IMG/VR virus record: IMGVR_UViG_2713896785_000021
Length of the DNA stretch: 34,571 nucleotides
Direction: 5' to 3' (one strand)
Source of the DNA: a virus
Lineage: Duplodnaviria > Heunggongvirae > Uroviricota > Caudoviricetes
The notes beneath the pieces were generated by a model, which worked only from the letters and a program-made list of their open reading frames with translations, did no database searches and was not told the origin of the DNA. Positions 9,236 through 18,938 of the stretch are shown in pieces (position 1 is the stretch's first letter; each line of letters opens with the position of its first letter). Position numbers and translations under genes: made by a program.

Positions 9236-9264
9236 ATCATATACATAAAATGTATTGTTTAGAA
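9236..9264 (-). promoter_or_regulatory. Putative sigma70 promoter for the cargo gene (-35 TTCTAA, 17-bp spacer, -10 TATGAT on the minus strand)
   Basis: Hexamers read directly from the AT-rich intergenic region upstream of 9158. Confidence 0.3.
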
Positions 9265-9379
9265 TTTGCACTAATAAAATAATGCTTTACTAAAATCTAC
9301 TCCAGACACAGAGCGGCCTGTCAGATTAGGCTTTACTCTGTGCCATAGATATGTAATCTCACACCAGAGCTTATACAAC

Positions 9380-9907
9380 TTATTGCGGCATTTCCGGCCA
9401 TTCAGGATTTGCAGGATCCACACGGCTGACCAGAACGCTGTAGCGTTCCCATGCTTCCAGTCGGCTGCGTTCCTCATCTGTTGCCATATTCAGCCTGACA
9501 GCGCGCTCCAGCGGCAAAATCACGGATTCGGCTTCGGAAAGCAAAGTTGCCTTTTGTGATTCTGCCAGTTGCTGCTGTTCGTCTGCCGTATAAATCCGCT
9601 TAATCACGGCACCATCCTTAAACATCCATTTACCTGAGTCATCAGCACGTCGGTTGGCAGTAATATCAGGAACCTCGACAACGCTAAAACCTTCAGGGTT
9701 AAGCGTTGAAGCATCTCGGGTGATGCCGACAATTATATTATTCTCGTCGTAAACAATCTTTATTGTGTCTGACTGAAAGTTCTTCACTTCCTCATACCAG
9801 TTTTTCCCGTCTTCAGTGTAAAGCCAGATGACTCCATGCTTCTTTGTTAACTCATACTGTTCCAGTGTTTTAACGTTACCCGCTTTTATGTTCTTTAAGT
9901 GCATCAT
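9380..9907 (-). CDS. G: Tail fiber assembly protein gpG, 175 aa
   Basis: Length and position immediately downstream of H match P2 gpG. Confidence 0.85.
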   Translation of the reverse strand: MMHLKNIKAGNVKTLEQYELTKKHGVIWLYTEDGKNWYEEVKNFQSDTIKIVYDENNIIVGITRDASTLNPEGFSVVEVPDITANRRADDSGKWMFKDGAVIKRIYTADEQQQLAESQKATLLSEAESVILPLERAVRLNMATDEERSRLEAWERYSVLVSRVDPANPEWPEMPQ

Positions 9908-9908
9908 A

Positions 9909-12105
9909 TTAAACGCTCGCTACATTATACCATGTGCCATTTATATACTTTTGAACGGGTCTGTAATAAACACCCGCAATATTATCGGCGGAGTTGGAAC
10001 CTGTATCCTGAACATTTATACCAGACAATACATGACCTGAAGGGCACTGAAAGTTCCATGTTTGCCAGTTGTTCACACCATAATATTGCTGTGAGCCAAG
10101 CCGAACATCTTTCACATATCTGGAATCAATGTTATCCCAGTTGCTTGGTTGTATCTGACCGTTTACAGCAAATATCACCGAGTTATCTGTATTTCGCTGA
10201 CTATAGAAATGCCAGCCTGAATCATCACCAAGCTCTGCAACAGTTGGTCTTGACGAATTTCCCCACAAGTTAAATGATGCATTACGGGCAGCGGTATTTG
10301 CACTTGAAAGTGTGAATAACTTACTTTCCCCAGCTTGAATACCTTTTAATGATATTGCTGAGCCATTTTTAAAGCGGAATACATGCACACCATTAGCATA
10401 AGCATCCAGCACCCCATCACCATTTTGTTTAAACCCAGTATCGTTATCTCCTAAAACTATTGAATTCCCCCCCAGGGCATTAACCGTTCCAATCCCCAGA
10501 TTTCCGCTAAAAATGGCATTAATACCGAATATTGAGTGAGAACAATAAAACCCTCGCCCATTGTTAAAATCCAGAATGGCTTGTGCGTTCGTGCTTTCTG
10601 TCGCGGGATTAGTTGCTCCCCACTTATATGTTGTTTGACCGACGGTATAATCCTGAGTTGGAACAATAACCGTTAGCCCTTCTTCGGCAAAAACTCGCAC
10701 AGGAAAAGCCCTGCCTTCAACGTAAAAAACGCTGCATACATCATCTTCTTTCAGGCTTGTTACAATGGAATGGATTGCGCGCTCATTAGTCTGATATGTC
10801 GAAAAATAACCTGCTGCATATGAACCACGATCAGTCCAACCTCCGGGCATTACCATTCCATTAAATTCGCAGTTATTCATTGCGTAATCACCACCGGCAG
10901 ATGTGGTTGTAATAACCACTCTGGAAGCCAGTTCGCCAGTGCTACCAGTGGAACGCCGGAAAATAACTGGATACCACTTTCCACCAACAGCATTAGACGG
11001 CGCGTTAAATACGTACAGCCGCATTCCTTTTTTCTTATCCACCTCGCCTTTGCTGTAAACATTAATGTTACTCAGGAAGCGATCTTTATCAGGAATATCC
11101 GCGCCGTTCTGATCTTTCTGAAGACGTTTTTCAGCATTGTCATAGGCAGACTTCACCGCTTTTGGTGTTGCAGCCAGCGTTTCAGAATCACTGTTGGTGG
11201 CGCTACTGAGCTGGACAAGACCTTTTCGCGCTGTGGTGGCATCCTGTGCAGTGTATTTCCCGTTAGCAAGGTCATACGCTGTCTTAACCGCCTTTGGCGT
11301 TGCCGCAAGCGTTTCAGAATCGCTGTTGGTGGCGCTACTGAGCTGGACAAGGCCTTTTCGCGCGGTGGTGGCGTCCTGTGCAGTGTATTTCCCGTTAGCA
11401 AGGTCATATGCTGCTTTTACCGCTTTNNNNNNNNNNNNNNNNNNNNNNNNNNNNNNNNNNNNNNNNNNNNNNNNNNGCAGTGTATTTCCCGTTAGCAAGG
11501 TCATATGCTGCTTTTACCGCTTTTGGTGTTGCGGCGAGTGTTTCAGACGTGCTGTTGGTCGCACTGCTTAACTGAGTAAAACCTTTGGCGGTCAGCGAGG
11601 CGTCCGGGTGACGTCGTGACTGTTCATGTTCTGCAATTTTGTCATCAACGTAATCCTGCGTTGCCATCACCGTTGTGGTGTCAATGGTCAGCGCCACTGA
11701 GGCCACACTGCTGACGATGATGACCATGCGGCAGGTCTGCGAACGCCCTGAGCCTTCGGCAAGAGCTGGCTTATAACTTTCAGCCATGTTCGCCACGGCA
11801 ATTAACGTTCCAGCATCATCGTACAGGCCAAGCTCACGCATCCAGAAACCGCCCACCTCCGGCGGAATAACCAGCTCTGCGATAATATAATTACTGTTTC
11901 GTTTGTCCTGGCTGATTTTGTTCAGCGCATGTCGCCAGACTTCGTGGATAAGCCCGGTCTGTCCGGCATCCGGGACAGGCAATTTACCACCGCCATCCCC
12001 GACGGCCATCGTGGTAATGTTGACCTTCCGCCCTCCCGGCGCGGTTGCCGCTGCCAGCTTTGCTGCACCAGCAGTGGTGATAACGGTTCTGAATTTTGTG
12101 CTCAT
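9909..12105 (-). CDS. H: Tail fiber protein gpH, interrupted by a 50-N assembly gap, with internal tandem repeats
   Basis: N-terminal part (11404..12105) matches the conserved P2 gpH N-terminus ([25 protein letters not shown]...); the C-terminal part continues after the gap; true length and frame across the gap are unresolved. Confidence 0.8.
11150..11600. repeat. Tandem ~120-bp coding repeats (40-aa unit ...[44 protein letters not shown]...) inside gpH, at least 3 copies
   Basis: Near-identical 120-bp units at about 11157..11276 and 11277..11396, with further copies flanking the gap. Confidence 0.75.
11427..11476. other. Assembly gap (50 N) inside the gpH repeat array
   Basis: Run of N characters in the sequence. 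Confidence 0.99.
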
Positions 12106-12115
12106 TATTCCTCAC

Positions 12116-12646
12116 TTATCCGGGGTAAACCGTAATTACATCGCCGTCATAAGCCACACCACCGGCGAACAGGTAGCCGGGAATGTCCCGGGTAATGTTC
12201 AGACCAATAAGGTGACGGCTTGCAGGTTTGGCATCAGCAATCAGCCGTTCCATTTCCTGATACATTGCCTCTGTGATACCGCTTTCCAGTACACCAATAT
12301 CAAGGCGGAAGGTGCCGGGCGGGTCACTGTTTTCCCACCACTCCGTCACGTTGATGAGATAGCCGAGCGGCTCCACCACACGCCGGATTGCGCCGATAGT
12401 GCCTTTATGACAGTGGATGAAATAGGCATCGCGGATAACGGCGCGTTTTGTCGCTTCCGGCCACTTTTCATCCCACCTGTCGACCGAAAACGCCCACGCC
12501 AGCCACGGCAGCAGATTTGCCGGGCAGGTGTCCGGGTTCCACAGCTCACGAATCCTGACCGGCGTTTTTTCAATTTCCGCACAGGCTTTTGCGGCGGCAA
12601 CTTCAAGCGGTGATGAACCGGTCGGCAGCAGGCGCGAATCACTCAT
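12116..12646 (-). CDS. I: Baseplate protein gpI, 176 aa
   Basis: Length and position match P2 gpI. Confidence 0.85.
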   Translation of the reverse strand: MSDSRLLPTGSSPLEVAAAKACAEIEKTPVRIRELWNPDTCPANLLPWLAWAFSVDRWDEKWPEATKRAVIRDAYFIHCHKGTIGAIRRVVEPLGYLINVTEWWENSDPPGTFRLDIGVLESGITEAMYQEMERLIADAKPASRHLIGLNITRDIPGYLFAGGVAYDGDVITVYPG

Positions 12647-13547
12647 CCGAGCCTCCGGTCACGACGCGGTATTCGGTACAGAAAGACGCCTGCGTACTGT
12701 TGAGCACGATGTCAGCCAGTGGTGCAGCCAGTTCGACACGCTGCACGCCTTCCACATGCAAAGCGGCATAAATGGCAGACAGACGGATGTCGCGCCCCAG
12801 CCGGTGCTGTGCCGTGATGTACGCTTCCAGTTTTTTCACGGCGGCGGCGCGGATGGGTTCGCTTTCGGGGCCAGGGTAAAGGTAAAGCGTGGCGTTTATC
12901 TGATATTCAACAATGGCGGCAGACTGCACGGTCACGCGGTCGGCCACCGGCCTGACGTCCTCGCCATTAAGGGCGTTACGTACCACAGCCAGCAGGTCTT
13001 CGGATGCGACACCGTTATTTTCACGTGACAGCACAGAGATGGTGACGCAGGCCGGAGACGGACTGGTGACAGAGATATCTGCGACGCGCCCGTCGGCACT
13101 GCGACCATGATACTGATAGGCACCCACCGACCCGGCAACGCTTAAACCTTCAAACGCCTGCTGAATACGCAGACGATAATCCGTGTCAGATTCCATCACT
13201 GCCGGTGTCGGCGGGAGGGTCGAATCATCTGCCGGGGTGATAATCAGGCGCGTGGTGTTGTAATTGGCACCAATCACATCAAGGTCATTACCGGCGGCAC
13301 AGGCCAGCATTACCGCCCGTGCGGCCTCATTCACACGCTGACGCCAGATAAGCTCACGATAAGCATTTTCCTCCAGCAGTTTGACGAGAGGCTCAGATTC
13401 CAGCGTCAGGGTACGGGCGACCGCCTCCTGCTGGTCTTCCGGGTAAAGGGAAATCAGTGTCGCCTTGCGTTCGGCGAGAATGGTTTCAAAGTCCAGCTCC
13501 TCGACCACATCCGGTGCGGGTAGCTGGTTCAGGTCGATAATCGGCAT
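12639..13547 (-). CDS. J: Baseplate assembly protein gpJ, 302 aa
   Basis: Length and position match P2 gpJ. Confidence 0.88.
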   Translation of the reverse strand: MPIIDLNQLPAPDVVEELDFETILAERKATLISLYPEDQQEAVARTLTLESEPLVKLLEENAYRELIWRQRVNEAARAVMLACAAGNDLDVIGANYNTTRLIITPADDSTLPPTPAVMESDTDYRLRIQQAFEGLSVAGSVGAYQYHGRSADGRVADISVTSPSPACVTISVLSRENNGVASEDLLAVVRNALNGEDVRPVADRVTVQSAAIVEYQINATLYLYPGPESEPIRAAAVKKLEAYITAQHRLGRDIRLSAIYAALHVEGVQRVELAAPLADIVLNSTQASFCTEYRVVTGGSDE

Positions 13548-13551
13548 GGTT

Positions 13552-13899
13552 TCAACTCACAGGGATGGTTAACGAAAGTGGCTGGCCGGTGTCGTTGTGC
13601 TGGCCGGTTAACGTGACCGTCATTCGCCCGTCAAAACTGCGCGCCGTGGTGACAGATGACAGCGTGACGCGGGGTTCCCATTTCAGCACCGCCATGTAAC
13701 AGGCGACCTTAATCTGCAACTCAAGCGCCGGGGTCTGCGGCTGGTCAATCATTGACGCCAGCAACGAGCCGTAATCACGACGCATCACCCGTGAGCCGAC
13801 CGGTGTGCGCAGGATATCGCCGATACTCTGGCTGATATGCTCAAGGTCAGTGACCGTCAGGCCATCACTGCGATTCATTCCGAGATAACGCGCTGTCAT
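13552..13899 (-). CDS. W: Baseplate wedge protein gpW, 115 aa
   Basis: Length and position match P2 gpW. Confidence 0.88.
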   Translation of the reverse strand: MTARYLGMNRSDGLTVTDLEHISQSIGDILRTPVGSRVMRRDYGSLLASMIDQPQTPALELQIKVACYMAVLKWEPRVTLSSVTTARSFDGRMTVTLTGQHNDTGQPLSLTIPVS

Positions 13900-14531
13900 A
13901 GAGGGCTCCCGGTTGTGCCGCCGCTGTCGCCGGGGTGTTTATGGGTATGCAGTACCTTACCGTTTGATGAGAGTTCACCGCCGGTGTGTTCAATGTTGCC
14001 GTGCATCGTCCCGCCCTTCTGCACTTCCAGCGTGCCGGTAATCAGCCTGTTGGTGCAGACCACCTCCGGTGTGTCCAGGGTGACGCGGGTTGATGCTTTC
14101 ACCATGACCACCGGCACCGTGGCAGTAACAGAATCAGAAGCCGTCACGCTGGCCGTTTTAATTCCGCTTACCGTGAGTGCACTGGTTTCGGGTTCATACT
14201 CAATCACCGCCCCGTCAGGGAAACGGATATGCAGGGCATCCGCCGACGCAGACGGCGCGGGGTTATCGCCGGAATAAATCCCCGGCAGAACGAACGCCGT
14301 GTCGAGTTCACCGCCCACAGCCAGAATCAGCACCTGCTCCCCCACGGAAGGTGCCCACCATGTGCGCGAACGTCCGGCACGATGGGTCAGCCACTGAAGC
14401 CAGTCAGTGCACATGCCACCGGTCTGCACACGGCAGCGACCGGCTTTAAGGTTGGTTTCGACGACAAGGCCGGTACGAATCATGTTGCGCAGTGCGCGCG
14501 CGAGTTCCTGAATATTTGCGAGAGTGTTCAT
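13896..14531 (-). CDS. V: Baseplate spike / assembly protein gpV, 211 aa
   Basis: Start placed at the internal Met (MNTLANIQELARALR...) that gives the canonical 211 aa; the track ORF extends 6 codons further upstream to 14549. Confidence 0.85.
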   Translation of the reverse strand: MNTLANIQELARALRNMIRTGLVVETNLKAGRCRVQTGGMCTDWLQWLTHRAGRSRTWWAPSVGEQVLILAVGGELDTAFVLPGIYSGDNPAPSASADALHIRFPDGAVIEYEPETSALTVSGIKTASVTASDSVTATVPVVMVKASTRVTLDTPEVVCTNRLITGTLEVQKGGTMHGNIEHTGGELSSNGKVLHTHKHPGDSGGTTGSPL

Positions 14532-14614
14532 GCGTGTGAGATTGCACAATATATAAAAGTTATGCTATCTGGATTCATTTGTAGAACGACCATACAACAT
14601 TCGAGGAGAGCGTA

Positions 14615-15400
14615 ATGTTCAGTGATAATGTGACTAATGCGTGGTGGTTTATCTCTTTGTATCTATTTTTATTAATAGCATTAACATTTATTACCTTTGG
14701 TAAAAGTAATCTTATGAGGTTTATTGCACATCATTTCAATTTTGAGTATTCAGACAGAAAGTTAAAAATGCTCGACAAAAAATGGCGCGACATTCAACTA
14801 TTTAAAATAATTAACGGAATCAATGTATCAGGCATCGAAGATGTGAGAATGATACAGCAGGGGCTGATTGATGGAAAACTAAAAACATCGTATTTTTTTC
14901 TTACTCGCTTCTGGGGTGACATAACAAAACCACCACACATAATTAAAACAATAATTGTAATTCTGTCCAGCATTATTTATATTCTCTTCGCATGTTATAT
15001 ACACAACAAACAATCCGTTATAGTAAGAGATGCCATAGGCATACCATATAAAAATATGATGTACTATGTTTATAGTGACAAAGTTCTTTTATCCTTCAAC
15101 AATAAAACAGTTGAATTCAATAAAACTTATAGCCTTGCCGATTGCAAGAGGCTACGAAACCTATTTATAAAAGACACACTTCCTGAGATCGCCTGCAATA
15201 AGCTCTTACAGCTAAACGAGGAGGACTCGGAATGGTTAAGTCAGGAGATTAAAGATAATAACAGCCAAAAAAAAGCATTATTAATAATATCCCTCATCTA
15301 TTTCATTTCAGGTCTGGTTATATTCCTGTCATATACAAAATTCCTTTACGCCAATAAGAAGGTTGTAGAATACAAAGCATCAAATAAAAATCACTCATAA
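14615..15400 (+). CDS. Hypothetical AT-rich integral membrane protein, 261 aa, about 3 TM helices, antisense cargo between V and S (orf30 position)
   Basis: Strong GAGGAGAG Shine-Dalgarno before the ATG; very AT-rich (Asn/Lys/Ile-rich); hydrophobic helices at about aa 9-28, 109-129 and 232-250; opposite strand to all flanking late genes; no domain I recognise. Confidence 0.6.
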   Translation: MFSDNVTNAWWFISLYLFLLIALTFITFGKSNLMRFIAHHFNFEYSDRKLKMLDKKWRDIQLFKIINGINVSGIEDVRMIQQGLIDGKLKTSYFFLTRFWGDITKPPHIIKTIIVILSSIIYILFACYIHNKQSVIVRDAIGIPYKNMMYYVYSDKVLLSFNNKTVEFNKTYSLADCKRLRNLFIKDTLPEIACNKLLQLNEEDSEWLSQEIKDNNSQKKALLIISLIYFISGLVIFLSYTKFLYANKKVVEYKASNKNHS

Positions 15401-15407
15401 ACCTCTA

Positions 15408-15441
15408 AACATTGAGCGACCAGCATGGCCGCTCAATGTTT
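15408..15441. terminator. Stem-loop (AAACATTGAGCG ... CGCTCAATGTTT) between the convergent cargo gene and gpS; possible bidirectional terminator
   Basis: 12-bp perfect inverted repeat seen in sequence; no clear U-tract, so termination function is uncertain. Confidence 0.35.
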
Positions 15442-15471
15442 AATTGCGCATCAGCCTCTGCCTGGATAAAA

Positions 15472-15924
15472 CTAACGCTCAAGGTGAGCCAGGATAATCT
15501 CTTCAATCATCTGCACATCCTCACTGGTAAAGCCGAGCAGAGGACGCGCCGGATAATCAATTTTCTTACCGTCTTTCCGGTTTTCTTCCGACAGACCGAA
15601 CTGATGCACGCTGGCGATTTTCGGTGACTTCCCGCCGTAAAACTCCATTGATGCCTGTTCCGGGCTGGCGCGGATATGCAAAAAACGACTGGTAATAAGT
15701 TTCGCAAACATTTTTCGCTTAACGCGACCGGTCTTTTTTCTGGCGCTCTGCTGCTGGCGTGGCACGTAGGGTGTGCCGTCCGGGGCTTTCTGTGCCATCA
15801 CCCGACGCTGCTGACTCTGCCGCAGACGTTTCGCCAGTTCGGCACTCAGTCGTCGACGCCCTGACGGTGACAGCGACTCAATCAGTCCGGTCAGCCGGTC
15901 TTCAAAACGCTTAAACTCATTCAT
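15472..15924 (-). CDS. S: Tail completion protein gpS, 150 aa
   Basis: Length and position match P2 gpS. Confidence 0.88.
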   Translation of the reverse strand: MNEFKRFEDRLTGLIESLSPSGRRRLSAELAKRLRQSQQRRVMAQKAPDGTPYVPRQQQSARKKTGRVKRKMFAKLITSRFLHIRASPEQASMEFYGGKSPKIASVHQFGLSEENRKDGKKIDYPARPLLGFTSEDVQMIEEIILAHLER

Positions 15925-16384
15925 CCCACTTGCTCACCAGTTCGCCATTGATATAAAGCTCCATCGGGCGGGTGACCGGCTCCGGCGGCGTGGGTTCCGG
16001 GATATTCTTCACATGCAGCGCACCGTCAACCTCACTGACCAGCGTGCGCTCGGTCAGCATCAGGCTGATACTGATATCAAAGCTGCTGTCATTGTTGATG
16101 TCTGCATAAAACGTGAAGCCCTTTTTCTGGCCTGCGTCGGTGGTCATGATGTCGGGCTGATTTTCCCGCAGCCACGCCAGCACCGGCACGATGAGCAGGT
16201 CAAAATCACCGGTAAAGTCGGTCACAATCACATTGAGCGTGTAACGCTTTTCGAATGACAACGACGTCGCCAGCGTGGAGGCAATACTCCCGTTATCAAC
16301 GAATATCCGCAGCATCTCGGGACTGGTTTTCAGCACCGTGACGGCATCAGTCAGCGCCCTGCGCAGGCTGTCGGGTTTGAGCAT
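15917..16384 (-). CDS. R: Tail completion protein gpR, 155 aa
   Basis: Length and position match P2 gpR. Confidence 0.88.
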   Translation of the reverse strand: MLKPDSLRRALTDAVTVLKTSPEMLRIFVDNGSIASTLATSLSFEKRYTLNVIVTDFTGDFDLLIVPVLAWLRENQPDIMTTDAGQKKGFTFYADINNDSSFDISISLMLTERTLVSEVDGALHVKNIPEPTPPEPVTRPMELYINGELVSKWDE

Positions 16385-16637
16385 CGTTTTCGTCCTGACA
16401 GTGTTTAATCATTTTTACCTGGCTGGCACAGCGTGCCAGCGCGTTCTCAAGCTGTCGGATATCAGCACTTAAATCGCCGTTCGTCTGCGGGTCACTGCCC
16501 GGCATCGGGCAAAGGCTCACTTTCGGGCAGGCGTTGGCGACAATCACTGGCGTCAGTGCAGGCCGGGCGCTGGTGCAACCGGCGCACAGCATCAGGCAGG
16601 CCAGCGCCGTACCAGCGGCGAAAATCTTCGTTTTCAT
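16347..16637 (-). CDS. lysC: LysC, Rz1-like outer-membrane spanin lipoprotein, 96 aa, nested across the lysB/R junction
   Basis: Signal peptide with lipobox (LCAGC); alternative frame overlapping the lysB 3' end and the R 5' end, as in P2. Confidence 0.7.
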   Translation of the reverse strand: MKTKIFAAGTALACLMLCAGCTSARPALTPVIVANACPKVSLCPMPGSDPQTNGDLSADIRQLENALARCASQVKMIKHCQDENDAQTRQPAQGAD

Positions 16638-16917
16638 TCAGTAACCTCGTGATGGTTTTCTCGCGCTGTGCTTCACGCTTCGCCGCGTTCTCCAGTTCCT
16701 GACGCAGTGCCACCTGCGCCAGCTCGTTTTTGTCTGCCCTGGTGATGGCAACATGAAGCTGATTTTTCAGCATGGTGATGGTCGTCTGCTGCCCGCTGGC
16801 GACGTTATTCGCCCTGTCCAGCGAGGCGCGCAGGCTGGCATTTTTGTGTTTCACCAGAAACAGACCGGTCACCGCCAGCGATAACAACACGACCAGCACA
16901 ATCATCAGCTTTGACAT
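16492..16917 (-). CDS. lysB: LysB, Rz-like inner-membrane spanin, 141 aa
   Basis: N-terminal TM helix followed by a coiled-coil region; position and length match P2 LysB. Confidence 0.82.
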   Translation of the reverse strand: MSKLMIVLVVLLSLAVTGLFLVKHKNASLRASLDRANNVASGQQTTITMLKNQLHVAITRADKNELAQVALRQELENAAKREAQREKTITRLLNENEDFRRWYGAGLPDAVRRLHQRPACTDASDCRQRLPESEPLPDAGQ

Positions 16918-17330
16918 GGTTCCCGCCCCTCAAGACGCTGACGACAGGCTTTACGTATCAGCCGGAAAAACAGCGACGCCACAAGATAAATCAGCGCGGT
17001 AAAAATCCACCCGGCAGCGACCAGCGAGATAAACGTCGCCACCATCACTACCAGAGCCGCCGCCCGTCTGCGCCACGGCACCGGCTGCAAAAACAGCGAC
17101 GTGACAATCTTCACGGCCAGCGATTCCGGTGGCAGCTCCCGCCCGTAGCGTTCCAGCACATACTCAGTGGCATACACGCCGACACCACCGGCAACCACAC
17201 AGATAACCGTCGCCAGAATCGCCCAGGCGGCGACAAAATTGACGGCCACGCTCTGCGGGTAAATCAGGGACAGTGCCAGCATCAGCGCCAGCGACACATT
17301 CAGCATCAGTGAAAGGGATAATTTCTTCAT
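16905..17330 (-). CDS. lysA: LysA lysis-timing membrane protein, 141 aa
   Basis: Multi-TM hydrophobic protein; position and length match P2 LysA. Confidence 0.8.
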   Translation of the reverse strand: MKKLSLSLMLNVSLALMLALSLIYPQSVAVNFVAAWAILATVICVVAGGVGVYATEYVLERYGRELPPESLAVKIVTSLFLQPVPWRRRAAALVVMVATFISLVAAGWIFTALIYLVASLFFRLIRKACRQRLEGREPCQS

Positions 17331-17344
17331 GGTGTTTACTCCGT

Positions 17345-17842
17345 TTAAGCTGGTACACCGCCGGCGGTACGCCAGACGGTGACCAGTTTTTCCAGTGAAT
17401 GCTCACGCTGACCGTAACCGGCACCCGGCAGGGACGCCCAGATATTGCGACAGCGTGAAATGGCGCGCTCAATGCGTCCCGCCCGGATGTCATCCAGTGC
17501 ACCGCGTTCGCGGATCAACTGAATGGCAAGTCTGTCCTGTGATAACGGACTGAAATCCGGCAGGGCAAGCTGTTTGCGGTAATGCGGCCAGAACAGGTAA
17601 AGTTGCTGATAGCGACCGGAGGCCGTGGATTTTTCACCGCGACGGTTAAACACCTTCGCCGGTCGGCCATGTGCGAACGGGTGGTCACTGTAGTCGGTGA
17701 AAATTTCCGGCTTCCCGTCCAGTCCGGTGACTATCACGTCATAGCCCCGGTTTTTCGTCAGCGGATGATTCGCCGTCCCTTCGGACACGGCCAGCATGTC
17801 GAGAAAGGCGGCGATATTCTGATGCGTGTTAATTACCGGCAT
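17345..17842 (-). CDS. K: Endolysin gpK (lysozyme), 165 aa
   Basis: Length and position match P2 gpK. Confidence 0.88.
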   Translation of the reverse strand: MPVINTHQNIAAFLDMLAVSEGTANHPLTKNRGYDVIVTGLDGKPEIFTDYSDHPFAHGRPAKVFNRRGEKSTASGRYQQLYLFWPHYRKQLALPDFSPLSQDRLAIQLIRERGALDDIRAGRIERAISRCRNIWASLPGAGYGQREHSLEKLVTVWRTAGGVPA

Positions 17843-18123
17843 TACGGTTTCCCCCTGCCCTTAAAGCGGCGCTGAATGGCAATCTCAATCACCTGATAAC
17901 CGGCGATACCCAGCATGGAGCCGATGCCGCACACCGCAGGCAGTGACAGGTCAGGAAACTGCACCAGAACAACACCGGCAACCATCGAGACAAAACCACC
18001 GAGCAACATGCGCCCGATAAACAGACGCGGGGTGATGGGTTCACCACCGGCAAGCACCTTGCCGACAACAATCAGCACCCCAATCATGAAAAGCGACAGG
18101 ACGCTTTTTTCTTCTGCTGTCAT
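17842..18123 (-). CDS. Y: Holin gpY, 93 aa
   Basis: Small protein with hydrophobic helices and a charged C-terminus; position and length match P2 gpY. Confidence 0.85.
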   Translation of the reverse strand: MTAEEKSVLSLFMIGVLIVVGKVLAGGEPITPRLFIGRMLLGGFVSMVAGVVLVQFPDLSLPAVCGIGSMLGIAGYQVIEIAIQRRFKGRGKP

Positions 18124-18126
18124 GCG

Positions 18127-18330
18127 TTACTCCCACAGATTGACAGTTTCAGCCACGGGCGCGGTCTGAACGTCGGGCAGTTCGACGGCGGTGCCGTGTG
18201 GCAGCACCGCACCCAGTTCAGCCAGTCCCGGATTTGCGGCGAGCACGGTCTCAACCACGCCCTCAGTGCGCCCGTAATACCGGACACAAATGGCGTCGAG
18301 CGTGTCGCCCTGTAGCGCAAAGGTCTTCAT
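18127..18330 (-). CDS. X: Tail protein gpX, 67 aa
   Basis: Start set at the internal Met (MKTFALQGDTLDAICVRYYG...), which overlaps the L stop in an ATGA arrangement; the track ORF extends upstream into L. Confidence 0.82.
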   Translation of the reverse strand: MKTFALQGDTLDAICVRYYGRTEGVVETVLAANPGLAELGAVLPHGTAVELPDVQTAPVAETVNLWE

Positions 18331-18839
18331 CAGATTTGACTCACGATGCAGCGCGGCTTGTCCTGGATACGCGCCACCGCCCAGCGCATATCCCGCCACA
18401 GTTCATCAATGGTGCTGTCAATGCTGTCGGCCTTCTTGTCGCCTTTCGCACTGGCATCCACGCCGCGATAACGCTCATAAAGCGACGCGGTCGCCATCGC
18501 ACACACGGCGCGCTCGTAGTAAAAAACTTTGATGCTTTCACCGTCGATGTCGTCCGCCGGGACGTCCGCCAGACGCGCAAAACCAGCAGCAATTTTCTGT
18601 TCGCGGTACTCGTACAGCTCCGCATTCGTCTCCGCCATGCCTGACTTGATGGCCTCACGCAGACGGGCGGGGGCGACGGTCTGCTCAAGGCGCATACGTT
18701 CCCGGACGCGCTTCGGGTCGATATCGGGAAAAAAGAACGTGTTTTTAATCACCGGCTCGTCGCCTGCCGGTTGCGGGATGACCACCGTACCCTCACCGGA
18801 TACAGGAGCCTCCTTTCGCGGAATAATCAGCGTCATCAT
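18330..18839 (-). CDS. L: Head completion/stabilisation protein gpL, 169 aa
   Basis: Start set at the internal Met (MMTLIIPRKEAP...) with an upstream GAGG; length then matches P2 gpL. Confidence 0.82.
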   Translation of the reverse strand: MMTLIIPRKEAPVSGEGTVVIPQPAGDEPVIKNTFFFPDIDPKRVRERMRLEQTVAPARLREAIKSGMAETNAELYEYREQKIAAGFARLADVPADDIDGESIKVFYYERAVCAMATASLYERYRGVDASAKGDKKADSIDSTIDELWRDMRWAVARIQDKPRCIVSQI

Positions 18840-18938
18840 GACTACCTCTGAAAAGTCGGGCGGTGGACGCCGGTACAGCGTCAGGTGATTCACCCTCACT
18901 GACCGGCGTGCCGCCCTGGCGCGGGGCGCATTCGGTTG

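Noticed and set aside
9271-9477. 68-aa minus-strand ORF overlapping the 5' end of gene G
   Set aside because: Alternative frame overlapping the gpG start and the cargo promoter region; no support.
11153-11571. ORFs of 84 and 125 aa inside the gpH repeat array, and the possibility that the repeats are a CRISPR array
   Set aside because: They are alternate frames of the tail fiber coding repeats. The units are ~120 bp, in-frame and contiguous with no spacer-like unique segments, so this is not a CRISPR array.
11903-13138. Multiple plus-strand and out-of-frame ORFs across the H, I and J genes
   Set aside because: Antisense or overlapping frames within GC-rich structural genes; the minus-strand genes match P2 lengths exactly.
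14550-14614. Possible promoter for the antisense cargo gene (TTGCAC / TATAAA-like hexamers)
   Set aside because: Hexamer spacing is poor and the same region must hold the late promoter for V, so no confident call could be made from sequence alone.
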